A DNA stretch of 29,146 bases, from contig JAFGOT010000019.1 of assembly GCA_016926395.1 (NCBI GenBank), positions 1-29,146 on the forward strand, in the 5' to 3' direction. Source of the stretch: Candidatus Woesearchaeota archaeon. Lineage in GTDB: Archaea > Nanobdellota > Nanobdellia > Woesearchaeales > SKGA01. The notes under the pieces are model-generated. The model saw nothing but the letters and a program-made list of their open reading frames with translations, did no database searches and was not told the origin of the DNA. Made by a program: the position numbers and the translations under genes. Every line of letters starts with the position of its first letter. The stretch's first letter is position 1. Below, piece after piece: positions 1-7,361 of the stretch.

Positions 1-5
1 AAACA

Positions 6-13
6 TTTATAAA
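6..13 (+). promoter_or_regulatory. Archaeal TATA box (TTTATAAA) for the first ORF
   Basis: TTTATAAA lies about 26 nt before ATG 39, the spacing typical of a leaderless archaeal transcript. This favours ATG 39 over the ORF-track GTG 15. Confidence 0.55.
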
Positions 14-38
14 TGTGGAAATCAATATACTTAATGAA

Positions 39-1391
39 ATGGTAAAAGAGGTGCCTTTCACTGTCATTCGTGATGGGAAAGTAATGTATCAAAGTCATCC
101 TGAGAGTCAAAACACTCAAAAAAGACCTTCTAAACAGGTTAAACCCAGTCTTGACTCTGATTTTGTCTCTAAAGTCAAAAAATACTTTAATATTGGCTGG
201 AAGTCGGCACTTGCAACAGGAATTGTGGTTGGCGGGCTTACTTTAAACTCAATGTTTAAACCATTCTATCATCCTACTCAGATGACTGAAAAACAGTTAA
301 CCGAAATTCCTGATTCTACTCGAAATATGATGCGAGATTTAGCAGCTAGGAATAACTTGTCCTCGCGGCACTCATTATCTGTTGATGATTATTTATTTGA
401 TAAAACACAAGAAGTATTTGACACTATGAGCTACGAGCAAATTGTTAAAACTGCAAATCTTAATGGATTGTATAAAGATTTTGGCGGTCTTAAAGTTGGA
501 GATCATGTTGATTTTGAAAAAGGCTTTGCCTATATGTGGAATCAAAAAATAAATAGAGATAAGAAAAAAGACGGTGCTTGTGATTATGAGGATTATGCAA
601 AAGACTTAGTTAATAATTATTCTCAAACATGGTCAAGAAAATCAAACCTAAAAAAATATTCTAAATCATTAGAAAACAAAATTGAAGAATACAAAGAAGC
701 TTTTAATCTAGATTCTATGTTATTAAATCCAAAAGGGAAACCAATCCATCCAGAAAAAATTCGTTTAATAAAAAATTTTTATGATCATTTAGATGCAGAT
801 ATTTTAATATCTTATAATACAACAGAATTATTCCCAGATATTAATCCTAAACTAAATTTAATTATTTTTGAAAAATTACTTCAAGAAGCAGGACTTGATT
901 TTTTGTATGATGGAACTCCAGCTCAATGGGATACTCTAAACTCCAGAGGACCATCACAGCTAACGCCTTATGTTGTTAATGAAACTGCTATTGGCTCACT
1001 AAATCCTTTTTTACCTGATGAATATAAAATTCCAACTAGTATGGAGGATATCAAAACAAGAGATGATTATGATAAGGTGAGTTTTTTTAATTTAGTTTAC
1101 AACACTAAAAACTTATCTGGAAATTTATTTAAGATAAATACTCTGACTAACTTCAACAATTTATTTGAAAATCTAAACAATGAAGAACAAGACTTGTTAG
1201 TTACGGGAATTCTAACTGCGATGAATTATAGGCCTCATGATGTTGCAAAAGGAGTTGCAAATTATGTTGACGAAGCAAAAGCAGGCAGAGTTACCGATGA
1301 GGGAATCATTAATGGTTTGTGGGTTGGAAAAGCTCAAAACTATTATAATAAATCTGTTAAGAATTATTTAACTTTAACTCACGAGGATTAA
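39..1391 (+). CDS. Membrane-anchored hypothetical protein, possible lysozyme/lytic transglycosylase-like fold
   Basis: Long ORF (track start GTG 15; ATG 39 preferred) with an N-terminal hydrophobic anchor, SALATGIVVGGLTLNSMF. Segments YNTTELFP, NSRGPSQLTP and LTAMNYRP loosely echo the SLT catalytic Glu, GxxQ and AYNxG motifs. The CDS is secure; the fold call is weak (about 0.3). Confidence 0.8.
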   Translation: MVKEVPFTVIRDGKVMYQSHPESQNTQKRPSKQVKPSLDSDFVSKVKKYFNIGWKSALATGIVVGGLTLNSMFKPFYHPTQMTEKQLTEIPDSTRNMMRDLAARNNLSSRHSLSVDDYLFDKTQEVFDTMSYEQIVKTANLNGLYKDFGGLKVGDHVDFEKGFAYMWNQKINRDKKKDGACDYEDYAKDLVNNYSQTWSRKSNLKKYSKSLENKIEEYKEAFNLDSMLLNPKGKPIHPEKIRLIKNFYDHLDADILISYNTTELFPDINPKLNLIIFEKLLQEAGLDFLYDGTPAQWDTLNSRGPSQLTPYVVNETAIGSLNPFLPDEYKIPTSMEDIKTRDDYDKVSFFNLVYNTKNLSGNLFKINTLTNFNNLFENLNNEEQDLLVTGILTAMNYRPHDVAKGVANYVDEAKAGRVTDEGIINGLWVGKAQNYYNKSVKNYLTLTHED

Positions 1392-1392
1392 G

Positions 1393-1836
1393 ATGGAAAC
1401 TAAAAACAACTCTAAACAATTTTTTCTTATTGTTAATGGACCTTCCTGTGGGGGAAAATCATCCTTAATTAAAATATTAAAATCACAATTAGAAAATATC
1501 TTTTCTGCTAGCAGGGATAAGGTTAAATGGTTGATTTCAGATTACGCCTATAAAGATCATAAAGAAATTGTTGACGAGATGATGTTTGAAATGATTTCTG
1601 TGGCTTTGAAGCGTGGTTTGTCTGTTATTAAAGATGGTTTACTAGAGCCTGCCGATAACTATGTTGAGTTGGCAAAATCATTTGATGTTCCCATCTATTT
1701 TGTTAATGTTTTTCGTTTTGATGAATTAACTCAAATTTACGAAACGTACAAAGTTTCTTCATCTTTAGAATTTGATACTTCTGTTAATTCTTCAGAATAT
1801 ATTGCTGATGTGGTTATTGATTATATTAATTCTTAA
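1393..1836 (+). CDS. P-loop nucleotide/small-molecule kinase (AAA_33/NMP-kinase-like)
   Basis: N-terminal strand and Walker A, FLIVNGPSCGGKS; VIKDG Walker-B-like strand. Starts 1 nt after the upstream stop. Confidence 0.8.
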   Translation: METKNNSKQFFLIVNGPSCGGKSSLIKILKSQLENIFSASRDKVKWLISDYAYKDHKEIVDEMMFEMISVALKRGLSVIKDGLLEPADNYVELAKSFDVPIYFVNVFRFDELTQIYETYKVSSSLEFDTSVNSSEYIADVVIDYINS

Positions 1837-1869
1837 TGGGGTTCATTCTAACCTTCTTTAACAATCACC

Positions 1870-2039
1870 TTTATAAATAGAAATTGATTACTATTCACTA
1901 TTATATATTGTTTCACTTAAAACTTCAGGGCGATTAGGTATTTGAGTGATGATAAAACTTAATATGTAAGGAGTTAAGGAAAAGAGATTTTTTCGCCCCA
2001 CGAGAATTTGAGTTTACTTTTTCTAATTAATAATTTAAA
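1870..2039 (+). promoter_or_regulatory. Promoter and long, probably structured 5' leader of the DEAD-box helicase gene
   Basis: TATA candidates at 1870-1877 (TTTATAAA) and 1901-1908 (TTATATAT). GGGCGA (1928-1933) is complementary to TCGCCC (1993-1998), and AAACTT (1920-1925) can pair with GAGTTT (2010-2015). Confidence 0.45.
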
Positions 2040-3527
2040 ATGAACAAATTTAGACAATTAGGTATAGATGAGGATATTTTGTCCTCTATAGAAAATCTTG
2101 GTTTTAGCGAACCAACTGAAATTCAACAAAAAGCAATTCCTGTTGTAATCCAAAAAAAGGATTTGATTGCAGGTAGTGCTACTGGTAGTGGAAAAACTCT
2201 TGCTTTTGGAGCAGGAATAATTCAACACATAAGAAAGGGCGCAGGATTGCAAGCTCTTATTTTAGCACCAACAAGAGAATTAGCTGAACAAATTAGTGAA
2301 TCTCTAAAAACATTTGCTAAACATAAAAAATTAACTGTAGTTTCTATTTATGGTGGTGTTTCACTTAATCCTCAATTTTCTGCACTACAAAAAGCAGACA
2401 TTGTTGTTGGAACTCCTGGAAGAATATTGGATCACATGCAACGTGAAACTATTAATTTAACCAAAGTTAAACATTTGGTTCTTGATGAAGCTGATCGAAT
2501 GCTTGATATGGGTTTTTTAGATGATGTGCGGCGTATTATGAGTCAATGTCCAAAAGAAAAACAAACTCTTCTTTTCTCAGCAACTATCTCTCAAGATATT
2601 AGAGATTTATCTAGAAATTTTATGATTGAGCCTGTTAATATTTCTGCAACTCCTATGGTTGATCCAAGTAAATTAAAACAAGTTTACTACCAAGTTAGTG
2701 GTCCTTTAAAGTTTTCTTTACTTTATCATCTTTTGGCTAATGATACAAAAGGCGGTCTTGTTATGATTTTTTGTAACTCCAGACAGATGGTTGAAACTGT
2801 TGCAAAGAACCTTAAGAAAAACGGGATTGATGCTATGGGTGTTCATGGTGGTCTTTCACAAAACAGACGAAGTGACACTGTAAGTGGTTTTAACAAAGGT
2901 AAAATTACTGCTCTTGTTTGTACAGATGTGGCTGCTCGAGGTCTTGATATTCCTGGAGTTTCGCATGTTTATAATTATGACATTCCAAATGATACAAAGC
3001 AATATGTTCATCGAATTGGCCGAACTGCTCGAGCTGGTAAAGATGGTCTAGTTGTTAATCTTTTATCTCAAAGAGATCATGAGAATTTTGGAAAAGTGGT
3101 TTATGATCACAAAGATTTCAAAATAGAACGAGCTGATCCTCCTGTTGTTAAAAGAATAGAAACTTCTGCTGCTTCAAGCAATGCACGAGGTAATGGTAGA
3201 GGAATGTCAAGAAGTTCTTTCCGTGGTGGCGATCGTCAAGATGGTCGAGGCCGAGATAGAATGAGAACTCAAGGTGAACGTTCACGTCCTTTCGAAAGAA
3301 GAGAAGGTGGAAGTTCTGCTTCTCGAGGTCCATCTCATGGTGGTTCTTCTCGAAGCTCTGATGCTAGACCTCAAGGTTCTGGTTTTAGATCTCGTGGAGG
3401 TCAAGGCGGTCCTTCTCGAAGTTCTTTTGGTTCTCGAGGTTCTTCTGATAATCGTTCACACTCAAGTGATCGATCTCGTCCTAGAATGGGCGGTAATAGA
3501 AGTAACTCCTCTAATCGAAGAGATTAG
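2040..3527 (+). CDS. DEAD-box ATP-dependent RNA helicase (CshA/DeaD-like) with R/G/S-rich disordered tail
   Basis: Q motif GFSEPTEIQ, ATGSGKT, PTRELA, GTPGR, LDEADRM, SAT, ARGLD and HRIGRTARAG are all present. The last ~120 aa are a low-complexity RGS-rich tail. Confidence 0.97.
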   Translation: MNKFRQLGIDEDILSSIENLGFSEPTEIQQKAIPVVIQKKDLIAGSATGSGKTLAFGAGIIQHIRKGAGLQALILAPTRELAEQISESLKTFAKHKKLTVVSIYGGVSLNPQFSALQKADIVVGTPGRILDHMQRETINLTKVKHLVLDEADRMLDMGFLDDVRRIMSQCPKEKQTLLFSATISQDIRDLSRNFMIEPVNISATPMVDPSKLKQVYYQVSGPLKFSLLYHLLANDTKGGLVMIFCNSRQMVETVAKNLKKNGIDAMGVHGGLSQNRRSDTVSGFNKGKITALVCTDVAARGLDIPGVSHVYNYDIPNDTKQYVHRIGRTARAGKDGLVVNLLSQRDHENFGKVVYDHKDFKIERADPPVVKRIETSAASSNARGNGRGMSRSSFRGGDRQDGRGRDRMRTQGERSRPFERREGGSSASRGPSHGGSSRSSDARPQGSGFRSRGGQGGPSRSSFGSRGSSDNRSHSSDRSRPRMGGNRSNSSNRRD

Positions 3528-3552
3528 ATTTTTTTATTTTTTATTTTAAAAT
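3528..3552. terminator. Oligo-T terminator region between convergent genes
   Basis: T-tracts (attttttttattttttatttt) follow the helicase stop directly; the opposite gene stops at 3553. Confidence 0.55.
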
Positions 3553-3804
3553 TTATTTTCTTTTATTCTTAAAACATTCATCACAATAAACTTCTGGATT
3601 TCTAGGTTTAAATGGTAAAATGAATCTTTTTTTACACCTTATACATGTAACTTCGGTTGGCCATTTTCTCGCGTTTCCTTTCTCCTTTTCTCTGTCAAAA
3701 TTAATATGTTTATTGAACATTTGAAGACGTGGATTGGTTTTGGATTTAGTTGTGGCTGTTTTTTTAGTTTGAGGTCTTTTTTTTGCTAGTGTTGGTTTTT
3801 TCAT
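3553..3804 (-). CDS. Small basic zinc-ribbon protein (CxxC-x17-CxxC-like family)
   Basis: VTCIRCKKRFILPFKPRNPEVYCDECFK gives CxxC-x16-CxxC. Lys-rich N-terminus, with AGGA upstream of the ATG. Confidence 0.8.
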   Translation of the reverse strand: MKKPTLAKKRPQTKKTATTKSKTNPRLQMFNKHINFDREKEKGNARKWPTEVTCIRCKKRFILPFKPRNPEVYCDECFKNKRK

Positions 3805-3826
3805 TTTTTATCCTTTATTTTAATAT

Positions 3827-3858
3827 GTTTATATACTTTTCAGCTAAGTTTATATACT
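3827..3858. promoter_or_regulatory. Divergent promoter with duplicated GTTTATATACT (TATA-like)
   Basis: 11-bp direct repeat at 3827-3837 and 3848-3858 (21-bp period) between the zinc-ribbon and kinase starts. Confidence 0.5.
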
Positions 3859-3906
3859 CTTTGTTAAGAATATCATTAGTTTCTTATATTGTAGGATAGT
3901 ATTAAA

Positions 3907-6096
3907 ATGTTACCAAAGTCACAAGAAAGAATTATGCATTATAAGGATGTTTTATGTTCTATTCCAAGGGAGAACTTTGTTCTCCAAGAATTATTTGGAA
4001 GTGATTTTTTTAGTGGTGTTGCAGTTGTTACAAATGAGAAATTGGCAGGTAGGCTAGAAGATATTAAATTTTTAGACTCTTTAGAGCCTTCTTTAAGAGA
4101 GAGATTTCTAAAGGAGGGAAAAATACTTTCTGCGATAGATCATCCTAATATTCCTAAGGTTTATGATATTATTGAGCATGATGATATTCTGTTATTTAGG
4201 TCTGAAAATATTGAAGGTTTCACTTTAAGAGAGATTTTAGATGAATTAAAAATAAGAAAGCAATCTTTTCCTGAGGATGCTGCTCGTTTTATTATGACAA
4301 AAATTATTTCTGCTTTGAACTATGCACATAATAATTTAAAATATCATAATTCTATCTCTCCACTAATTCATTGTGATATAAAACCCGAGAATATTATTTT
4401 GCAATTAGATGGATTTAAACGTTCTGATGGTCTAAATGATTTTTCTTTAAAACTGATTAATTCCTGTTCGTTTAATCCTTATTTGATTGATTTTGGTATT
4501 GCAAAATTCAAAGAAGAAATAAATGATTCAAGCGGGACTCTTTATTATCTTTCACCCGATCAATTAAATTCAAAATCTCTTGATTGGAGAACTGATATTT
4601 ATCAATTATCTTTGGTTTATTTTGAAATGTTATCTGGTGTTACTCCTTATTCTTATCTTTCCAGACCTAATATTTTAAAATCAAAAAAAAATTCTGATTT
4701 TCGAGTTCTTAAGCGTTATAATATCTCCTCTTCTAATAGGCATTTTATTGAAAAAGGAACTTCATTTTCAGAAAAAAGATTTTCATCTGAATCGGATTTT
4801 ATTTCAAGTTTTCGCAAATTAAACAAACGTGCAAATATTAATAATTTTGTTCGTAAGAATAAAACGCCTGCGCTGGTTATTCTCGCTATTATATTATTGG
4901 TGTCTTTATTTTTTCCAACTTATGCTTACATTGATTATAAAACAAACAGTATTGATGCTATTGTTAATAAAATTAATTCTAATCCTGATCCTAGTTTTGA
5001 TGATCTAACTACTGCATTACATAAAATTCAAAAGCGTGGTTTTGAAAAAAAATATATTGAACCTTTGTTTGCGGGAGATTTTAGAGATAAGGAAACTGGA
5101 GAACCTCTTTATCCAAGTTACTTAGATTCTAATGGTGATTGGGTTTTATCAAGCAAAGACGAGACTGAATCAGGGGTTTTTGTTGGTTTGCTTTTTGAAA
5201 AATCTAATGATTATCCTCAACTTCTTCCTTATGCTATTGAGTATGCAAAACCTTTGTTGAACTCTAGTTATGAGGGATCTCAGCCTTTAAGATTTTATTA
5301 TGGATTAATTCCTGCTTACAAAGCAACTGGTGATGATATTTATTTAATCAAATTAATTAATATTTCTAACTCTTTGATTTCGGATATGAATAAACGACAG
5401 GGATTATTTATGAATGAAGATCTTTTTGTATGTGATTTCTTACTTGATATATACACTTTGACTGGTTATGATTACTATTTTAATTTTGTTGATTCTTATA
5501 TGCGTGGTTATCTATCAAACAATGTTGATGATGATGGTTATGTTTATTCTCTTTCTATGTCTAATTTCACTTTACCTTCTGGCTTAGTTCTTCCTGATGA
5601 CAAAAGTGGTTTGGCTATAATAAAGATGGGGAATCATAATTTGGGGGAGTTTGTTTCTGTTAATGAGTTAAATGAATCTGATTTTAAATCTTCAACTTCC
5701 GTTTTTTCAGTTGATTACTTGGTTCTAATTGATTTATTGAGTTTTTTAGTTAATCTAACTGAAGATGATTTTTATATTGATTATTATGCTTTTTTAAGAG
5801 ATTCTTATTTTGAATATCAAATTGATGATTTTGTTTTTATTTCATACAATACTTTTATTGATTATCCTCTTGATTCTCTTTCAAAGGTTTATTCTATTAA
5901 TGTGTTTTCTGATGACTCTTATTTTGTCAATAAAAAAATTCAAGCATTATTTAATTCTAATATTAATTTAGAATCTAAGAATGGTTTGCTTAGCGGTGTT
6001 GCTTTGCTTGCTTCAGGCAGGATCTATGATAATTCATTAGATTCTTATAAGAACCAAACTTACATTTTAGCTGATTATTATTTTCTAGAAATATAA
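3907..6096 (+). CDS. Single-pass receptor-type Ser/Thr protein kinase with C-terminal degenerate GH88-like (alpha/alpha)6 barrel
   Basis: Kinase motifs: RERFLKEGKILSAIDHPNI, HCDIKPENI, LIDFGIAK, SGTLYYLSPDQ, DIYQLSLVYFEMLSGVTPY. A TM helix (about aa 321-342) follows a basic patch. The outer domain has YPSYLDSNGDWVL..ESGVFVGLL, AYKATGDDIY, IYTLTGYDYY and terminal ADYYFLEI, matching the order of GH88 motifs (WTxGFxxGxLW ... ADYYFLEAL). Confidence 0.88.
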   Translation: MLPKSQERIMHYKDVLCSIPRENFVLQELFGSDFFSGVAVVTNEKLAGRLEDIKFLDSLEPSLRERFLKEGKILSAIDHPNIPKVYDIIEHDDILLFRSENIEGFTLREILDELKIRKQSFPEDAARFIMTKIISALNYAHNNLKYHNSISPLIHCDIKPENIILQLDGFKRSDGLNDFSLKLINSCSFNPYLIDFGIAKFKEEINDSSGTLYYLSPDQLNSKSLDWRTDIYQLSLVYFEMLSGVTPYSYLSRPNILKSKKNSDFRVLKRYNISSSNRHFIEKGTSFSEKRFSSESDFISSFRKLNKRANINNFVRKNKTPALVILAIILLVSLFFPTYAYIDYKTNSIDAIVNKINSNPDPSFDDLTTALHKIQKRGFEKKYIEPLFAGDFRDKETGEPLYPSYLDSNGDWVLSSKDETESGVFVGLLFEKSNDYPQLLPYAIEYAKPLLNSSYEGSQPLRFYYGLIPAYKATGDDIYLIKLINISNSLISDMNKRQGLFMNEDLFVCDFLLDIYTLTGYDYYFNFVDSYMRGYLSNNVDDDGYVYSLSMSNFTLPSGLVLPDDKSGLAIIKMGNHNLGEFVSVNELNESDFKSSTSVFSVDYLVLIDLLSFLVNLTEDDFYIDYYAFLRDSYFEYQIDDFVFISYNTFIDYPLDSLSKVYSINVFSDDSYFVNKKIQALFNSNINLESKNGLLSGVALLASGRIYDNSLDSYKNQTYILADYYFLEI

Positions 6097-6098
6097 TT

Positions 6099-6117
6099 GC
6101 CCAAGGTTCGCTTGGGC
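6099..6117. terminator. GC-rich hairpin between convergent kinase and peptide genes
   Basis: GCCCAAG-GTTCG-CTTGGGC forms a perfect 7-bp stem; an A/T tract at 6118-6132 reads as oligo-T after the peptide stop. Confidence 0.65.
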
Positions 6118-6132
6118 TTAAATAAAAATAAT

Positions 6133-6339
6133 TTAACAACAACTAGCTGATGCAGTGCATGAAATGTGAGGACACCAACTACATTTATACCAACATCCTG
6201 CTGCTAATGGTTGAACATATGTGTACATTGTGCTTGTTCCATCTGGATTCACTGCTTCGGTTTCATCCAAAGCCATTACGCTTGTCATGCTAACAACTAA
6301 AATAGCAACTAGTGCTAAAAGAATTAATATTTTCTTCAT
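6133..6339 (-). CDS. Secreted Cys-rich pre-pro-peptide (candidate signalling or antimicrobial peptide)
   Basis: Sec signal MKKILILLALVAILVVSMTSVMA, acidic pro-region ending VQPLA, and core AGCWYKCSWCPHISCTASASCC with 6 Cys in the last 20 aa. RBS GAGGTG (6352-6347) lies 7 nt from the ATG, and the gene has its own TATA (6383-6376). Confidence 0.85.
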   Translation of the reverse strand: MKKILILLALVAILVVSMTSVMALDETEAVNPDGTSTMYTYVQPLAAGCWYKCSWCPHISCTASASCC

Positions 6340-6346
6340 ATAAATT

Positions 6347-6405
6347 CACCTCTGTTTATCCCTTGCAATTTGCCGTATAAAAACCTTATTGATGTTTTGG
6401 GATAA
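6347..6405 (-). promoter_or_regulatory. Peptide-gene promoter: TATA flanked by inverted GGGATAA boxes, plus RBS
   Basis: Minus strand: TTTTTATA at 6383-6376, GGGATAA at 6362-6356, GAGGTG at 6352-6347. An opposite-orientation GGGATAA lies at 6399-6405. Confidence 0.6.
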
Positions 6406-6410
6406 TTTTT

Positions 6411-7286
6411 CTAGAATTGTATCGCTAGTATTGATGATAATATTCTTTTGATATTCTTATTTATTATGTTCATTTCTGTTTTTAATTCTTTTAATGATTT
6501 AATTTCTTGTTCCATTTCTTCTATTGAGCTTTTTATTCTTGTATATTCTTCAGTCGAGAATTGATAATGTAGATTGTATGTTTGGGTTATTATGTCCGAT
6601 ATTTTTGAGAATATTTTGTTTGTTTCTAAAGATATTATTTTACCTTCTTTTGTTTGTTCTAGGATGTTTGTGAATTCGTTGTTTATGTTATTTATGTTAC
6701 TTATTATGTTGTCATAAAAAGTTCCTGTTTTTTTATTTTCTTTAATTATTATTCGTCTGCAGTAATTAGATAATCTTGATATCGTGGTTTGGTATAATAA
6801 GTTGCTTTCTGTGATGTTGTTTTCATTTATCATTATTGACTCTGTTTTTCTTGCATATTCATTTGTCATTCGAAATATTCTTCTAAATAAATTATTGAAT
6901 TGATCACATGGAGGGTTAGATATGTTTCTTATTGTTGTGCTTTGATTACTTTGTTCTATTATTTCAAATCCAAGTTGTTCTTCATTTAGATATGTGTGTA
7001 TTTGTTTTGTTATGTCTTCGCAGTCAAAATTAATTTTTATTTCGTCATATCCTTGGTTGTGTAATGCTAAAAGAATGTCTTTCCAAGCGTGTTGGTTTTT
7101 TTCGTTTATTATTATTGTTTTTCTTTTAATTTCGTTGTTTTCATTTATTGGTTTAATTAGGAGCCCTTTATCATCTTCAAATACATCTATTTCATCACCT
7201 TTTTGAAGATTACACTCTTTAACCCAATTTGATGGTAATGATATTGTCAGACTGCTTGGTCCGTGGGATATTATTTTTCGTCTCAT
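6411..7286 (-). CDS. AbrB/MazE/SpoVT DNA-binding domain plus PhoU-like helical domains (archaeal phosphate-uptake-regulator family)
   Basis: MRRKIISHGPSSLTISLPSNWVKECNLQKGDEIDV is the typical swapped-hairpin AbrB N-terminus, followed by helical PhoU-like repeats (LFRRIFRM, RLSNYCRRII). Start moved from 7301 to ATG 7286. Confidence 0.85.
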   Translation of the reverse strand: MRRKIISHGPSSLTISLPSNWVKECNLQKGDEIDVFEDDKGLLIKPINENNEIKRKTIIINEKNQHAWKDILLALHNQGYDEIKINFDCEDITKQIHTYLNEEQLGFEIIEQSNQSTTIRNISNPPCDQFNNLFRRIFRMTNEYARKTESIMINENNITESNLLYQTTISRLSNYCRRIIIKENKKTGTFYDNIISNINNINNEFTNILEQTKEGKIISLETNKIFSKISDIITQTYNLHYQFSTEEYTRIKSSIEEMEQEIKSLKELKTEMNIINKNIKRILSSILAIQF

Positions 7287-7290
7287 GTAT

Positions 7291-7352
7291 ATTATGTACA
7301 TAATGTCATACTTAAATATATATTTTACTATTTTCTGGGATAACTTTAGGTG
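7291..7352. promoter_or_regulatory. Divergent promoter with 14-bp palindrome, TATA, GGGATAA box and RBS
   Basis: ATTATGTACATAAT perfect palindrome at 7291-7304; TTAAATAT at 7312-7319; GGGATAA at 7337-7343; AGGTG at 7348-7352. Confidence 0.55.
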
Positions 7353-7361
7353 TAATTTATC

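Noticed and set aside
1514-1520. GGGATAA inside the P-loop kinase gene, and GGGATAT at 7265 in the regulator gene
   Set aside because: These are coding positions, and a few copies per window are expected by chance, so they were not counted toward the regulon.
1946-1998. Box C/D sRNA (perfect box C GTGATGA at 1946-1952)
   Set aside because: No CTGA box D or D' at appropriate positions before the 3' stem.
3148-3549. ORFs 3274..3549 (+) and 3148..3333 (-)
   Set aside because: Shadow frames of the low-complexity helicase tail; the V/L-rich pattern comes from TCT/GGT/CGA repeats read out of frame.
3907-6339. Class III/IV lanthipeptide system (kinase plus LanC-like toroid beside a Ser/Thr/Cys-rich peptide)
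   Set aside because: A TM helix separates the kinase from the barrel, there is no lyase domain or Zn-binding CHG motif, the barrel matches GH88 rather than LanC, and the peptide has a Sec signal rather than a lanthipeptide leader.
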